Of a stretch of 64,000 bases of DNA, positions 49,483 through 58,898 are shown piece after piece. Source of the DNA: an uncultured Candidatus Rokubacteria bacterium (GTDB taxonomy: Bacteria; Methylomirabilota; Methylomirabilia; Rokubacteriales; CSP1-6); contig CAVYTA010000005.1 in assembly GCA_963771355.1 (NCBI GenBank), forward strand, positions 64,001-128,000, read 5' to 3'. Below the pieces are notes generated by a model, which made no database searches, was not told the DNA's origin, and worked only from the letters and a program-made list of their open reading frames with translations. Position numbers and translations under genes: made by a program. Numbering within the stretch: the first letter of the stretch is position 1; each line of letters opens with the position of its first letter.

Positions 49483-50739
49483 ATGATGCGGACGGCCAGC
49501 GTGCTTCGCGCAATTGTCCGGTCCACCAATGCCGCAGGCTCGATGCTTAGCCGAGCCGGGCTGCCTCTCGTCTCGCTCGACGAGGGAAGTTTGCTCGACG
49601 CCGCCCGCCGCGCCACGGGGCTGGACGACCTGGGCGGCGACGGCTTTCGCGAGCCCTTGAGGATGGTGCTGCAGGGACTCGAAGCCGAGGCCCGGCTCAC
49701 GCTCGTGGGCCGCATCGCGGCGCGGCAAGACGTCATCGGCCTCCTCGCGAATCGCCTGCGTCTCGAGGAGGACGGCAAGCGGCATCCGGAGATCGGGGCG
49801 CAAGACGTCCCGCAGCCGCTCTTCATCGTGGGGCTGCCGCGCACGGGAAGCACGCTCCTCCACCACCTTCTGGCCCAGGACCCGGGCAGTCGCGTCGCCC
49901 AGGCATGGGAGGTCATGTTCCCGTCGCCGCCGCCCGAGGCCCGGAGGTACCAGACCGACCCGCGGATCGCCCGTGCCGCTCGGCAGCTCGCGTGGTTCGA
50001 TGCGCTCACCCCCGAGTTCAAGTCGATCCACCCCCTCGGGGCACAGCTCGCGCTCGAGTGCATCGCCATCATGAGTCCGACCTTTCTCTCCCCCCGCTTC
50101 CACACGACCTACCACGTGCCGACATACCAGGAGTGGCTCGAGCGACAAGACCTGCGCCCGGCCTACCGCTTTCACCGTCGGTTTCTCCAGCAGCTGCAAT
50201 GGCGGGCGCCGGCCCGGCGATGGGTCCTGAAGGCGCCCTCGCACCTCTTTGCCTTCGACGCGCTCCTGGAGACGTATCCCGACGCCCGCATCGTGCAGAC
50301 CCACCGCGATCCACTCACCGTGCTGGCGTCCGTCGCGAGCCTGACCGCCGTCCTCCAGCGCGCGTTCACCGACGACCTTAACCCCCTCGAGATCGGCCGC
50401 GAGGTGAGCCGGCGCTGGACGAACGGGCTCGACCGGGCCATGCGGCTCCGGCGCAGCGGCCGAGTTCTCGCCGAGCGATTCATCGACGTGCACTATCACG
50501 AGATGGTCCGTGACCCCATGGCGGTGGTGCGGCGGATCTACGCGCACTTCGACATCCCGCTGACCGAGGCCGCGGCGGAGTCGATGCGCCGGTTCCTCGC
50601 CGAGAACCCCAAGGACAAGCACGGCGCCCATCGGTACTCCCTGAGCTCGTTCGGGCTCGAGGCGGACGATCTTGCCCGGCGGTTCAAGGCCTATCGCGAG
50701 TTTTACGGCGTGCCCCGGGAAGAGGTTTCGCCGCAGTGA
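49483..50739 (+). CDS. PAPS-dependent sulfotransferase (Sulfotransfer_3-like)
   Basis: IVGLPRTGSTLLH 5'-PSB, WVLKAPSHL, THRDP...S 3'-PB; AAGAGGAG RBS. Confidence 0.9.
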   Translation: MMRTASVLRAIVRSTNAAGSMLSRAGLPLVSLDEGSLLDAARRATGLDDLGGDGFREPLRMVLQGLEAEARLTLVGRIAARQDVIGLLANRLRLEEDGKRHPEIGAQDVPQPLFIVGLPRTGSTLLHHLLAQDPGSRVAQAWEVMFPSPPPEARRYQTDPRIARAARQLAWFDALTPEFKSIHPLGAQLALECIAIMSPTFLSPRFHTTYHVPTYQEWLERQDLRPAYRFHRRFLQQLQWRAPARRWVLKAPSHLFAFDALLETYPDARIVQTHRDPLTVLASVASLTAVLQRAFTDDLNPLEIGREVSRRWTNGLDRAMRLRRSGRVLAERFIDVHYHEMVRDPMAVVRRIYAHFDIPLTEAAAESMRRFLAENPKDKHGAHRYSLSSFGLEADDLARRFKAYREFYGVPREEVSPQ

Positions 50740-50748
50740 GGCGCGACA

Positions 50749-52464
50749 CTACCTGACGAAGCCCTGGCGTTCGAGATACTCGAGCACTCGGCGTGCGTTC
50801 TGATCGGGGCCGGTGACCACGGTGTCGAGGGTGATCTCGGGGGACTCCGGCGTCTCGTAGGGGTCGTCGATACCCGTGAACCCCGTGATTTCTCCGCGCC
50901 GGGCTTTCGCGTAGACACCTTTGCTGTCGCGCCGCTCGCAGACCTCCAGCGGCGTGTCCACGAAGACCTCGACGAAGTGATCGGCCCCCACCAGGTGGCG
51001 CACCTCGTCGCGCGTCGTGCGGTACGGGCTCACCGCCGCGCACAGGGCCACGCCCCCGTGCCGCACGATCTCGGCGGCGACGAATCCGATACGCCGGATA
51101 TTGGTGTCGCGGTCCTCCTTGCTGAAGCCCAGGCCCTTGGATAGGTGGGTGCGTACCACGTCACCGTCCAGCACGGTGATCTGCCGGCCGCGCTCGAGCA
51201 GCAGCACGGTGAGGATCTCGGCGGTGGTGGACTTGCCGGCGCCGCTGAGCCCGGTGAACCACACGCACACGCCCTGTCGGTGGCGCGGAGGGTAGGTGTC
51301 CATGAGGATCTGGCCGACCTCGGGCCGGGTAAACCAACCGGGGAGCTTCTCGCCGGCGTTGAGGAAATCTTCACGGACCTGGGTGCCCGAGATGGAGGCA
51401 GTCCGCGCGTTCGTGGGGATGCGCGAAATCTCCTCGTAACGGTCCTCGTCGGGCAGGTACATCATCTCGCCGAACGGCAGCATCCCGATGCCCAGCTCCT
51501 CCTGGAAGCGCCCGACCAGCTCCTGGGCGTCGTAGGCCCCGTAGAAGGGCTTGCCGGCGGAGTCCAGGCCGGGGCTGGCGTGATCGCGGCCGACGATGAA
51601 GTGGCTCGCCCCATGATTGCGCCGGATAAGAGCGTGCCACACTGCCTCGCGCGGTCCCGCCATGCGCATGGCGAGCGGGAGGAGGGCCAGGAGCACGCGC
51701 CCACGCTCGTAGTAGCGCTCGACCAGCACCTTGTAGGTCCGCACGCGCGTGTAGTAGTCCACGTCGCCCGGCTTGGTCATCCCCACCACCGGGTGCAGGA
51801 GTAGGGTGCCTGCCACCGCGTCGGCCGCGCGCCGGGTGAGCTCCTCATGGGCCCGATGCAGCGGATTCCGCGTCTGGAATGCGACGACATTGGCGGCGCC
51901 TAGGGCGGCGAGCCGGGCGCGGGTCTCGGCGGGGGTCAGGCGGATGTCGCGGAAGTCATGACGCGGCGGCAGGGCCAGGATCTGCAAGGGGCCCGACAGG
52001 TTGATGTCACCCCACCGCTGCGTCTCGGCGACCAGCGGGTGGCGCACATCGCACGTACCGAGAACCTGCTGCGCTGTCGCCGCCCGATCCCACTCGTAGG
52101 CCTCATCGATCGTCATGAGCCCCAGCAGCTCGTTGTGGGCGTCGCGGAGCGCCACCTGCTGGTCGAGGCGCACTGCCGGCGTCCGGTCCACCGGCAGGAC
52201 GACGGGGATGGGAAAGAGCTGGCCGGTTGCCAGCCGCATCTCGCCTACCACCCGCTCGAAGTCGCTCCGGCTCATGAAACGGTTGAGTGGCGAGAACCCG
52301 CCGGTGGCCAGGAGCTCGAGGTCATAGACCGCGCGCTCCGAGAGCTGGATCGAGGGAAGACGATTGGCGCGGGCGCGCAGCTCGGCCTGGGCTTCTGCGG
52401 GGACAATCAGGTTGACGAGAGACCCGCCGACGGGCGGGACCAACCCGGTAGAGGACGTGGTCAT
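50749..52464 (-). CDS. sat/cysC: Bifunctional sulfate adenylyltransferase / APS kinase (PAPS synthase)
   Basis: FQTRNPLHRAH, VGRDHA, ISGT, WFTGLSGAGKST, LDGD, FTGIDDPYE. Confidence 0.95.
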   Translation of the reverse strand: MTTSSTGLVPPVGGSLVNLIVPAEAQAELRARANRLPSIQLSERAVYDLELLATGGFSPLNRFMSRSDFERVVGEMRLATGQLFPIPVVLPVDRTPAVRLDQQVALRDAHNELLGLMTIDEAYEWDRAATAQQVLGTCDVRHPLVAETQRWGDINLSGPLQILALPPRHDFRDIRLTPAETRARLAALGAANVVAFQTRNPLHRAHEELTRRAADAVAGTLLLHPVVGMTKPGDVDYYTRVRTYKVLVERYYERGRVLLALLPLAMRMAGPREAVWHALIRRNHGASHFIVGRDHASPGLDSAGKPFYGAYDAQELVGRFQEELGIGMLPFGEMMYLPDEDRYEEISRIPTNARTASISGTQVREDFLNAGEKLPGWFTRPEVGQILMDTYPPRHRQGVCVWFTGLSGAGKSTTAEILTVLLLERGRQITVLDGDVVRTHLSKGLGFSKEDRDTNIRRIGFVAAEIVRHGGVALCAAVSPYRTTRDEVRHLVGADHFVEVFVDTPLEVCERRDSKGVYAKARRGEITGFTGIDDPYETPESPEITLDTVVTGPDQNARRVLEYLERQGFVR

Positions 52465-52528
52465 GTGACTCTCCTGGCGCTAAGTGGAATTGGCCAGGGG
52501 CATTCTACTCGCGGCCGACGGAGCCGCA

Positions 52529-52550
52529 GCATAGGACTTAGGGCCTATGC
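52529..52550. promoter_or_regulatory. Inverted repeat GCATAGG-N8-CCTATGC upstream of sat
   Basis: Perfect 7-bp arms; TAGAAT -10 on the minus strand at 52507-52502. Confidence 0.5.
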
Positions 52551-52659
52551 CAACTGCTTCCGGACCTTCTCCGGGGATTGTTCGACCCCAGCTGCCCCGC
52601 CGACGGATTCCGCGAGCGCTGCCTCGAGTGGGCCAACGTGGATGCATGTCGAACGTGAC

Positions 52660-52867
52660 GTTGAAGGACGTCTCGGTGAAGCGATCCCACCTCGACGACA
52701 TCAATGCCGCTGGATCTGGCCGATGAAGGTGCGCGTGCGCTCCTGGGCGGGGTTCTCGAAGATGGCGGCGGGCGGACCCTGCTCCACGATGGCGCCCTCA
52801 TCCATGAAGAGGACCCGGTCGGCGGCGTTCCGGGCAAAGCCCATCTCGTGGCTGACCACGATCATGG
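52660..52867. repeat. Direct repeat B (ATPase 3' end + truncated, diverged permease start MSSRWDRFTETSFN)
   Basis: See repeat A. Confidence 0.9.
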
Positions 52868-53441
52868 TCATGCCGCTCTCGCGCAAGGAGCGCATGACCT
52901 CGAGCACCGAGCCCACCAGCTCCGGATCGAGCGCGCTGGTCGGCTCGTCGAACAACATGACCCGAGGCTCGAGCGCGATCGCGCGCGCGATGGCCACTCG
53001 TTGCTGCTGGCCGCCCGAGAGCTGGCCCGGCGTGTGACCGGCGCGGTCACCGAGGCCGACCCGCTCCAGGGCGGCCTGGCCCAGCGCCTCGGCGCCGGCA
53101 CGCGACTTGCCCGCGACCTTGCGGAGCGCGAGCGTCACGTTGCCGAGCGCCGTCATGTGCGGATAGAGATTGAAGGACTGGAACACCATGCCGATGCGCT
53201 GGCGGGCATGGTTGATGTCGGTCCGCGGGTCGAGCATGTCGATACCGTCCACCACCACGCTGCCGGAGGACGGCTCCTCCAGTCGATTGAGGCAGCGCAG
53301 CAGGGTCGACTTGCCCGAGCCCGACGGCCCGATGACGAACACCAGCTCGCGCTCGGCCACCCGGAGATCGACACCCTTCAGGACATGAAGGGCGCCGAAA
53401 TGCTTGTGGAGGCCGCGCGCGTCGACGATCGGGTTGTTCAT
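52701..53441 (-). CDS. Polar amino-acid ABC ATP-binding protein (GlnQ-like)
   Basis: GPSGSGKST, LSGGQQQR, FDEPTSALDPE, SHEMGFA. Confidence 0.95.
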   Translation of the reverse strand: MNNPIVDARGLHKHFGALHVLKGVDLRVAERELVFVIGPSGSGKSTLLRCLNRLEEPSSGSVVVDGIDMLDPRTDINHARQRIGMVFQSFNLYPHMTALGNVTLALRKVAGKSRAGAEALGQAALERVGLGDRAGHTPGQLSGGQQQRVAIARAIALEPRVMLFDEPTSALDPELVGSVLEVMRSLRESGMTMIVVSHEMGFARNAADRVLFMDEGAIVEQGPPAAIFENPAQERTRTFIGQIQRH

Positions 53442-53450
53442 TCCCTCAGG

Positions 53451-54302
53451 TCAGCTGCACTTGAGCTCGTGCGGCGTGGGGTCGTAGCCCGGCATGCCCG
53501 GCACGCCGTAGCCCGGCGTGATCACCACCTCGAGGCCGTCGGCCGGCGGCTTGCGGCCGAACCACTTCTCGGAAAGCTTGGCGATGCTGCCGTCCTTCTT
53601 CATGCAGTCGAGCGCATCCTGGAGCTCGGCGCGGAGCTTCGGGTTGTTCTTGGGCACCGGCGCCGCCCAGTGGGCGCGCGTGTCCTTGAGCTCCAGGTCG
53701 GCCACGAATTGCGGGTTCTTCGACGCGGCGTAGACGATGGTGGTGTTGCCGCCGAGGGTCGCATAGGCGCGGCCGGAGAGGACCGCCTGGGTGGCGTCCG
53801 GCTGGTTGTCGTAGACCTGTACCGTGAAGTCGTGCTCGGCACCCTTGGCCTTGGACAGCGTCTCATACGGGGTGCCCTTGTTGACGGCCACCGACTTCCC
53901 CTTGAGGTCGGTCCAGTCCTTGATCGGGGCCGAGCCCTTCTTGATGCCGAACTGGTACGCGGTCCACAGGTAGCCCGCGGTGAACAGCATGTTCTCCGCC
54001 CGCTCCTTGGTCACCGTGGTCGGCGCGGCGATGAAGTCGTAGCGGCCGGACTGCATGCCCGGGATCAGGGTGGAGAAGCTCACGGCGTCGATGGTGATCT
54101 CGCGCTTCAGGCGGCGCGCGACCTCGGTGAAAAGGTCGATCTGGAAGCCCTCGACGCCGCCGCCCATCTTGGGCATGGCGTGCGGCGCGAAGGTGCCATC
54201 GACGCCGGTCCTGAGCGGCGGAAGCTTGTCCTGGGCGAGCGCGGGACCCGCGCAGAGAAGAGCGGTTACCGCAATGGCGGCAAAGCGACGATGCATCATC
54301 AT
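53451..54302 (-). CDS. Polar amino-acid ABC substrate-binding protein (SBP3)
   Basis: Signal peptide; EGFQIDL, TKER, DLKGKSV, KWFG. Confidence 0.93.
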   Translation of the reverse strand: MMMHRRFAAIAVTALLCAGPALAQDKLPPLRTGVDGTFAPHAMPKMGGGVEGFQIDLFTEVARRLKREITIDAVSFSTLIPGMQSGRYDFIAAPTTVTKERAENMLFTAGYLWTAYQFGIKKGSAPIKDWTDLKGKSVAVNKGTPYETLSKAKGAEHDFTVQVYDNQPDATQAVLSGRAYATLGGNTTIVYAASKNPQFVADLELKDTRAHWAAPVPKNNPKLRAELQDALDCMKKDGSIAKLSEKWFGRKPPADGLEVVITPGYGVPGMPGYDPTPHELKCS

Positions 54303-54354
54303 GAGCCTCCCAAAGAAAGTAAGGTGACGTGCCCCGGCAACAATATCAATCCCG

Positions 54355-55641
54355 CTACTTCACGAAACCCAGGAGGCGCGGGATGAGGAGCACGGTGTCA
54401 GGGATGAAAGCCACCAGGAGCAGCACGGCCACGATGGCGGCCAGGAAGGGCAAGAGCGGCTTCACGAGCTTTTCCATGGGCAGGCCGCTGATGGCCATGC
54501 CGAGGAAGAGGCAGAGCCCGACCGGTGGGGTGACGTGGCCGATGGCGGAGGCGATGACGCAGACCATCCCGAAGTGGATGGGATGAATGCCGAGGGACTG
54601 AGCCCCGGGCAGCAGCACCGGCACGGTGACGAGGATGATCTCCGATGGCGTCAGGAACGTCCCGAGGAAGATGTAGAGGAAGATCACGATGATCATGAAT
54701 CCCCACCAGCTCGGCGCCACCGCCGTGATCGCCTCGGCGACGCGGAAGGGGAACTTGGAGTAGGTCAGCACCCAGCCGAAGGCGCCCACCAGCCCGATGA
54801 TGAGGCCGATCACGCCGCTGAGCCGCGCGGAGTCGGCGAAGATCTCCGGCATGTCGCGCCACGACAGCTCCCGGTAGAAGAGCGGCGGGACGAGGAGCGC
54901 GTAGACGACGGCCACCGCGGCCGCCTCGGTGGGCGTGAACCAGCCGATGAGGATGCCGCCCATGATGATGACGGGGATCATGATGGCGGGCAGCGCGTTC
55001 CGGAGGGCCTGAGCGAATTGGGCGCGGGTAGGCGGCGGCTCCTTCGGATAGTTGCGCTTCCGGGCGATGATGAAAGTCGGCACCGCCATCCCGATGCCGA
55101 CCAGCAGGCCGGGGAGATAGCCCCCGGCGAAGATGGCGGCCACCGATTCGTCCGCCATCCACGCGTAGATGACGGCCACGATCGACGGCGGGATGATGGG
55201 GGCCAGGATGGCGGTGCAGATGGTCAGCACCGTCGCGAAGTCCTTGTCGTAGCCTTTGCGGACCATCTGGGGGATGAGGAAGGTGCCCAGGGCGGAGACG
55301 TCGGCCACCGCCGAGCCGGAGATGCCGCCGAAGATCATGCTGTCCACGATGTTCACGTAGGCGAGGCCGCCCCGGAACCGCCCTACCAGCACGGTCGCGA
55401 GGTCGATGATGGCCCGGGCCACGCCGCCCCGCGCCGCGATATTGCCGGCGAGGATGAAGAGCGGGGCAGCGAGGAGCAGGAACGAGTCCGAGAGCAGTCC
55501 CACGAAACGCGTAGGGATGATGATCGGATTCAGCGTGGGGAAGACCAAGGCGGCGGCCAGGGTGCCCACCCCGAGCGCGATGCCGATGGGCATCCCGAGG
55601 ACGACGAAGATGACGAAGACGATCAGGAGGGTTTCCGCCAT
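54355..55641 (-). CDS. dctM: TRAP transporter large permease
   Basis: GGISGSAVAD, IIPPS, FTPTEA, TPPVG. Confidence 0.95.
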   Translation of the reverse strand: MAETLLIVFVIFVVLGMPIGIALGVGTLAAALVFPTLNPIIIPTRFVGLLSDSFLLLAAPLFILAGNIAARGGVARAIIDLATVLVGRFRGGLAYVNIVDSMIFGGISGSAVADVSALGTFLIPQMVRKGYDKDFATVLTICTAILAPIIPPSIVAVIYAWMADESVAAIFAGGYLPGLLVGIGMAVPTFIIARKRNYPKEPPPTRAQFAQALRNALPAIMIPVIIMGGILIGWFTPTEAAAVAVVYALLVPPLFYRELSWRDMPEIFADSARLSGVIGLIIGLVGAFGWVLTYSKFPFRVAEAITAVAPSWWGFMIIVIFLYIFLGTFLTPSEIILVTVPVLLPGAQSLGIHPIHFGMVCVIASAIGHVTPPVGLCLFLGMAISGLPMEKLVKPLLPFLAAIVAVLLLVAFIPDTVLLIPRLLGFVK

Positions 55642-56141
55642 AGGGCCCTCAGCGAGACGGCGAGATTTCGCAGCATCGGCGGCAGGATGAGAAGGGCGCC
55701 CACAGGGACGGCGGCGTACACCCAGCCGAGCGGCAAGCTGAGCCCGGCGCTGGACTGGAGCTGCGCGTTCGGCACGAGGACCCAGCTCGAGCGGAGGAGT
55801 GACAGAAAAAAGAGAATCGCCGCCCCGTTGACGACGACGCTGATGAGCGCGCCGGCCCGCGGCCCCATGCGCTCCACGAAGTACTCGAGGCGAGTGTGCT
55901 CGCCGCGCTGCATGGCGGCGGCGGCGCCGATCATGACGAGCCAGACGAACAGATAACGCGGGACCTCGTCGAGACCGTCGATGCCGGCAAACCCGCTGAA
56001 GCGCATGATCACCTGGGCGAAGACGGCCAGGGTCATGACGGCCAGAAGCAGGCCGCCCAGGTAGCCGAGCCCCCGGTAGGTCACGCGCGCCCAGCGGTCG
56101 AAGGCGTTGTAGGGAGCGGGGTCGAGCGGGCCCCCCGCCAC
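55623..56141 (-). CDS. dctQ: TRAP transporter small permease
   Basis: 4 TM helices; EVPRYLFVW..GA, GEH. Confidence 0.9.
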   Translation of the reverse strand: MAGGPLDPAPYNAFDRWARVTYRGLGYLGGLLLAVMTLAVFAQVIMRFSGFAGIDGLDEVPRYLFVWLVMIGAAAAMQRGEHTRLEYFVERMGPRAGALISVVVNGAAILFFLSLLRSSWVLVPNAQLQSSAGLSLPLGWVYAAVPVGALLILPPMLRNLAVSLRALWRKPS

Positions 56142-56142
56142 G

Positions 56143-57141
56143 CTACTTGATGCTCAGGATGTAGTCGACCATCTTGCGGGCGTCCTTGCCCGCCGGGGTC
56201 GCGTAGAACTCCTCGTACACGCTCATCGTCGCCTGCCGGAACGGCGTGGCATCGGGCTTGGTGATGGTCACGCCCTTGGCCTTCACCTGCTCCTGGATAC
56301 CTTTGTCCTCGTCGAGGATGAAGGTGCGGTTCCACTGCTCGGCGTGCCGGGCCGCGTCCATGATGGCCTTCTGCCCGGCCGCGTCCTGCTTCGCCCACGA
56401 GGCCTTGGACATGATGAGGGCCACGCACTGATGCGTGTGCCGGACATCCGCCACGTACTTGACGATGTCGTAGAACTTGTTGTGGTAGAAGGTGTTGATC
56501 CCGCCCTCCGCCGCGTCGATCACCTTGGTCTGGAGCGACGTCGCCACCTCCGGGAACGCGATGGGCGTCGAGATCATTCCCAGCGCCTTGAAGGTCGCCA
56601 CCAGGATCTTGTCCTCCTGGACGCGGATCTTCTTGCCCTTCACGTCGGCGACCGAGTTGACGGGGAAATGGCCATAGATCCCGCGGTAGCCTGCGGCGAA
56701 GAAGGCGACGAGCTTGAGACCCTTCTTGTCGAGGACCGGATCGTAGTACTTCTTCAGGGTGTCGGTGCCGTCGAGGGCGGCGTAGACATGCTGGTAGTCG
56801 CGGAAGATGTAGGGGAGCTGGAACACGCTCATCTCCGGCACGAGGGTCGAGAGCGGAGCGGTGGTCATCGGCGACAAATCGACGGTGCCGAGCTGGACCT
56901 GCTGCCCCACCTCGCGCTCGCCGCCGAGGGCCCCCGAGTGGTGGTGGACGACCTTGAGCTTGCCGCCCGTCAGCTCGGCGAGCTTGTCGTTGAACTGCTG
57001 TGCGGCCAGCGCGGTTCCGTGCTTGGGCGGATTGACGTTGCCCATGACCAGCTCGGTGGGCTGAGCCAGGGCCGGGCCCGTGACGGCGAGGACACCCGAG
57101 GACAGCAGCGCGACGAGGGCGAGGCGCTTGAAACCGGTCAT
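56143..57141 (-). CDS. dctP: TRAP substrate-binding protein
   Basis: LGGERE, LPYIF, GKKIRV, EVATSLQTKVID; AAGGAGGT RBS. Confidence 0.93.
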   Translation of the reverse strand: MTGFKRLALVALLSSGVLAVTGPALAQPTELVMGNVNPPKHGTALAAQQFNDKLAELTGGKLKVVHHHSGALGGEREVGQQVQLGTVDLSPMTTAPLSTLVPEMSVFQLPYIFRDYQHVYAALDGTDTLKKYYDPVLDKKGLKLVAFFAAGYRGIYGHFPVNSVADVKGKKIRVQEDKILVATFKALGMISTPIAFPEVATSLQTKVIDAAEGGINTFYHNKFYDIVKYVADVRHTHQCVALIMSKASWAKQDAAGQKAIMDAARHAEQWNRTFILDEDKGIQEQVKAKGVTITKPDATPFRQATMSVYEEFYATPAGKDARKMVDYILSIK

Positions 57142-57289
57142 GGTCTTACCTCCTTGTGGGTTGCCGGGGATGATCGTCTCCGGCGCCTGCGGTGTCAAGA
57201 GCAGTGGCTTGGAAGGGATCGCCGCCCGTCGACGGCACCGATAGGACACCGGACGGCTGGGCGTGAGACGATGGCTTGGGAATTCAAGG

Positions 57290-57661
57290 ATGCCGGAGAT
57301 CCGCTCGATCAACGCGGTAACGTTTGCCACGTCGGACATGGCCCGCGCGGTGCGGTTCTATGAGGCGCTCGGCTTCTCGAAAGCCTATGGGGGCGAGACC
57401 GCGGCCTTCACGTCGTTCCGGGTCGGCCCGGGATCCCTGAATCTCACGCGGGCGGACGATCAGCCGCCGTTCACGGGAATGGTGCGCGTGATTTTCTACG
57501 TCGACGATGTTGACGCCATGTACGCGCGTGTGCTGGCCCGCGGTTTCGCGCCGGAGGCGCCGCCTCGAGACGCGGAATGGGGCGAGCGCTATTTTCACCT
57601 GACCGACCCTGACGGCCACGCCCTTTCCTTCGCACGGCCCTTACGGGCTGCCGACGGATAG
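57290..57661 (+). CDS. VOC/glyoxalase family protein
   Basis: SDMARAVRFYEALG, FYVDDVD, WGERYF..DPDGH. Confidence 0.9.
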   Translation: MPEIRSINAVTFATSDMARAVRFYEALGFSKAYGGETAAFTSFRVGPGSLNLTRADDQPPFTGMVRVIFYVDDVDAMYARVLARGFAPEAPPRDAEWGERYFHLTDPDGHALSFARPLRAADG

Positions 57662-57896
57662 CGCGCGATTGACCGCCCCTACTCGACCGGGTGCGCGCTA
57701 GTCCTGCTTTGCTCGGGGGGCGTCGATTGCCGCGACCGACTGAACAGCGGGGCGTCCCTTCGACGGATCGGAAGTCGGCGCACGATCTTCGCTGGGCTCC
57801 GAGCGGCCTTCTTCGCGGCTCCCTCCAAGCGCTCTGAGACCGCCGAGGGGAGCGTGTCGCTCGGGGAGCGACGCGGCCGGACCGAGCCCGGGACGG

Positions 57897-58766
57897 CTAC
57901 TTCTTCCCGCCCTGGGCCTTCCGTGCGGGGGTCGTGGCGGCGGGCTCGGTACGGGCGACCTTGACGGGAGGCTTGCGTGGGGCGGCCCCGGCGGCGCGCT
58001 TGGCGAGGCTCTCCTTGAGGGCCTCCATGAGATCGATAACCTGGCTCCGCGGTGCCTCGGCGGTCGCCGTCGTGATCTCCTTGCCCTCGACCTTCTGGTT
58101 CACCATGTCGAGGATGCGCTCGCGATACTCGTCCCGGTACTGGTCGGGCTTGAACTCCTCGGTCGAGAGCTCGTCGACCAGCTTCCGGGCGAGCTCCCCT
58201 TCGCGCTCCTGGACCTTGGCGGACTTTCCCTTGTCGATCTCGCCGAAGTCGCGCACCTCGTCGGCAAAGTACATCGTGTGGAGCATGAGGCCGTCCTGCG
58301 CGGGGCGGACCAGGACGAGGCTCTCCTTGCCGCGCATGAGGAACCGGGCGACCGCCACGCGGTTGGCCTTGGCCATGGTCTCGGCGAGGAGTCGATAGGC
58401 CTTGTCTCCGCCCTTGTCGGGTCCGAGGTAGTACGTCTTCTCGAAGTAGATCGGATCCACCTGGGTGAGGGGCACGAACTCCGCGATGTCGATCACCTTG
58501 GAGTCCTCGCCCTCGAGCGACTTGAGCTCCTCGTCGCTCACCCGCACGTACTGGTCCTTGGAGAACTCGTAGCCGCGCACGAGCTCGTTCCGCTCGACCA
58601 CCACCTGGCAGGCGGGACAGAATGTCTGCTGCTTGATGCGGGATCCGCACTTGGCGTGGAGCATGTTGAAGGCCACGTTCGCGGAGACCGCGGCGGAGTA
58701 GAGCTTCACGGGGATGGAGACGAGCCCGAAGGAGATGGTGCCGGACCCGATGGAATGCGGCGGCAT
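57897..58766 (-). CDS. ku: NHEJ Ku protein
   Basis: GTISFGLVSIPVKLY, RGYE, YYLGP, AYRLL, VIDLMEALKESL, basic tail. Confidence 0.96.
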   Translation of the reverse strand: MPPHSIGSGTISFGLVSIPVKLYSAAVSANVAFNMLHAKCGSRIKQQTFCPACQVVVERNELVRGYEFSKDQYVRVSDEELKSLEGEDSKVIDIAEFVPLTQVDPIYFEKTYYLGPDKGGDKAYRLLAETMAKANRVAVARFLMRGKESLVLVRPAQDGLMLHTMYFADEVRDFGEIDKGKSAKVQEREGELARKLVDELSTEEFKPDQYRDEYRERILDMVNQKVEGKEITTATAEAPRSQVIDLMEALKESLAKRAAGAAPRKPPVKVARTEPAATTPARKAQGGKK

Positions 58767-58898
58767 GGAGCACTCCTCCTGTATGGTGAACTGAATTCGA
58801 CGGTATCACGGGCTTCTCGGGGGTTCAAAACCTTGGCAGCGTCGGCGGCCGGCTCCAATGGATAGGGTGCGAGGCGGCGGTCATGGGCGAGGGATGGT

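Noticed and set aside
57679..57895. Possible degenerate CopG/RHH antitoxin (TLPSAVSERLEGAAKKAARSPAKIVRR)
   Set aside because: Weak resemblance only, no clear RBS and no toxin partner
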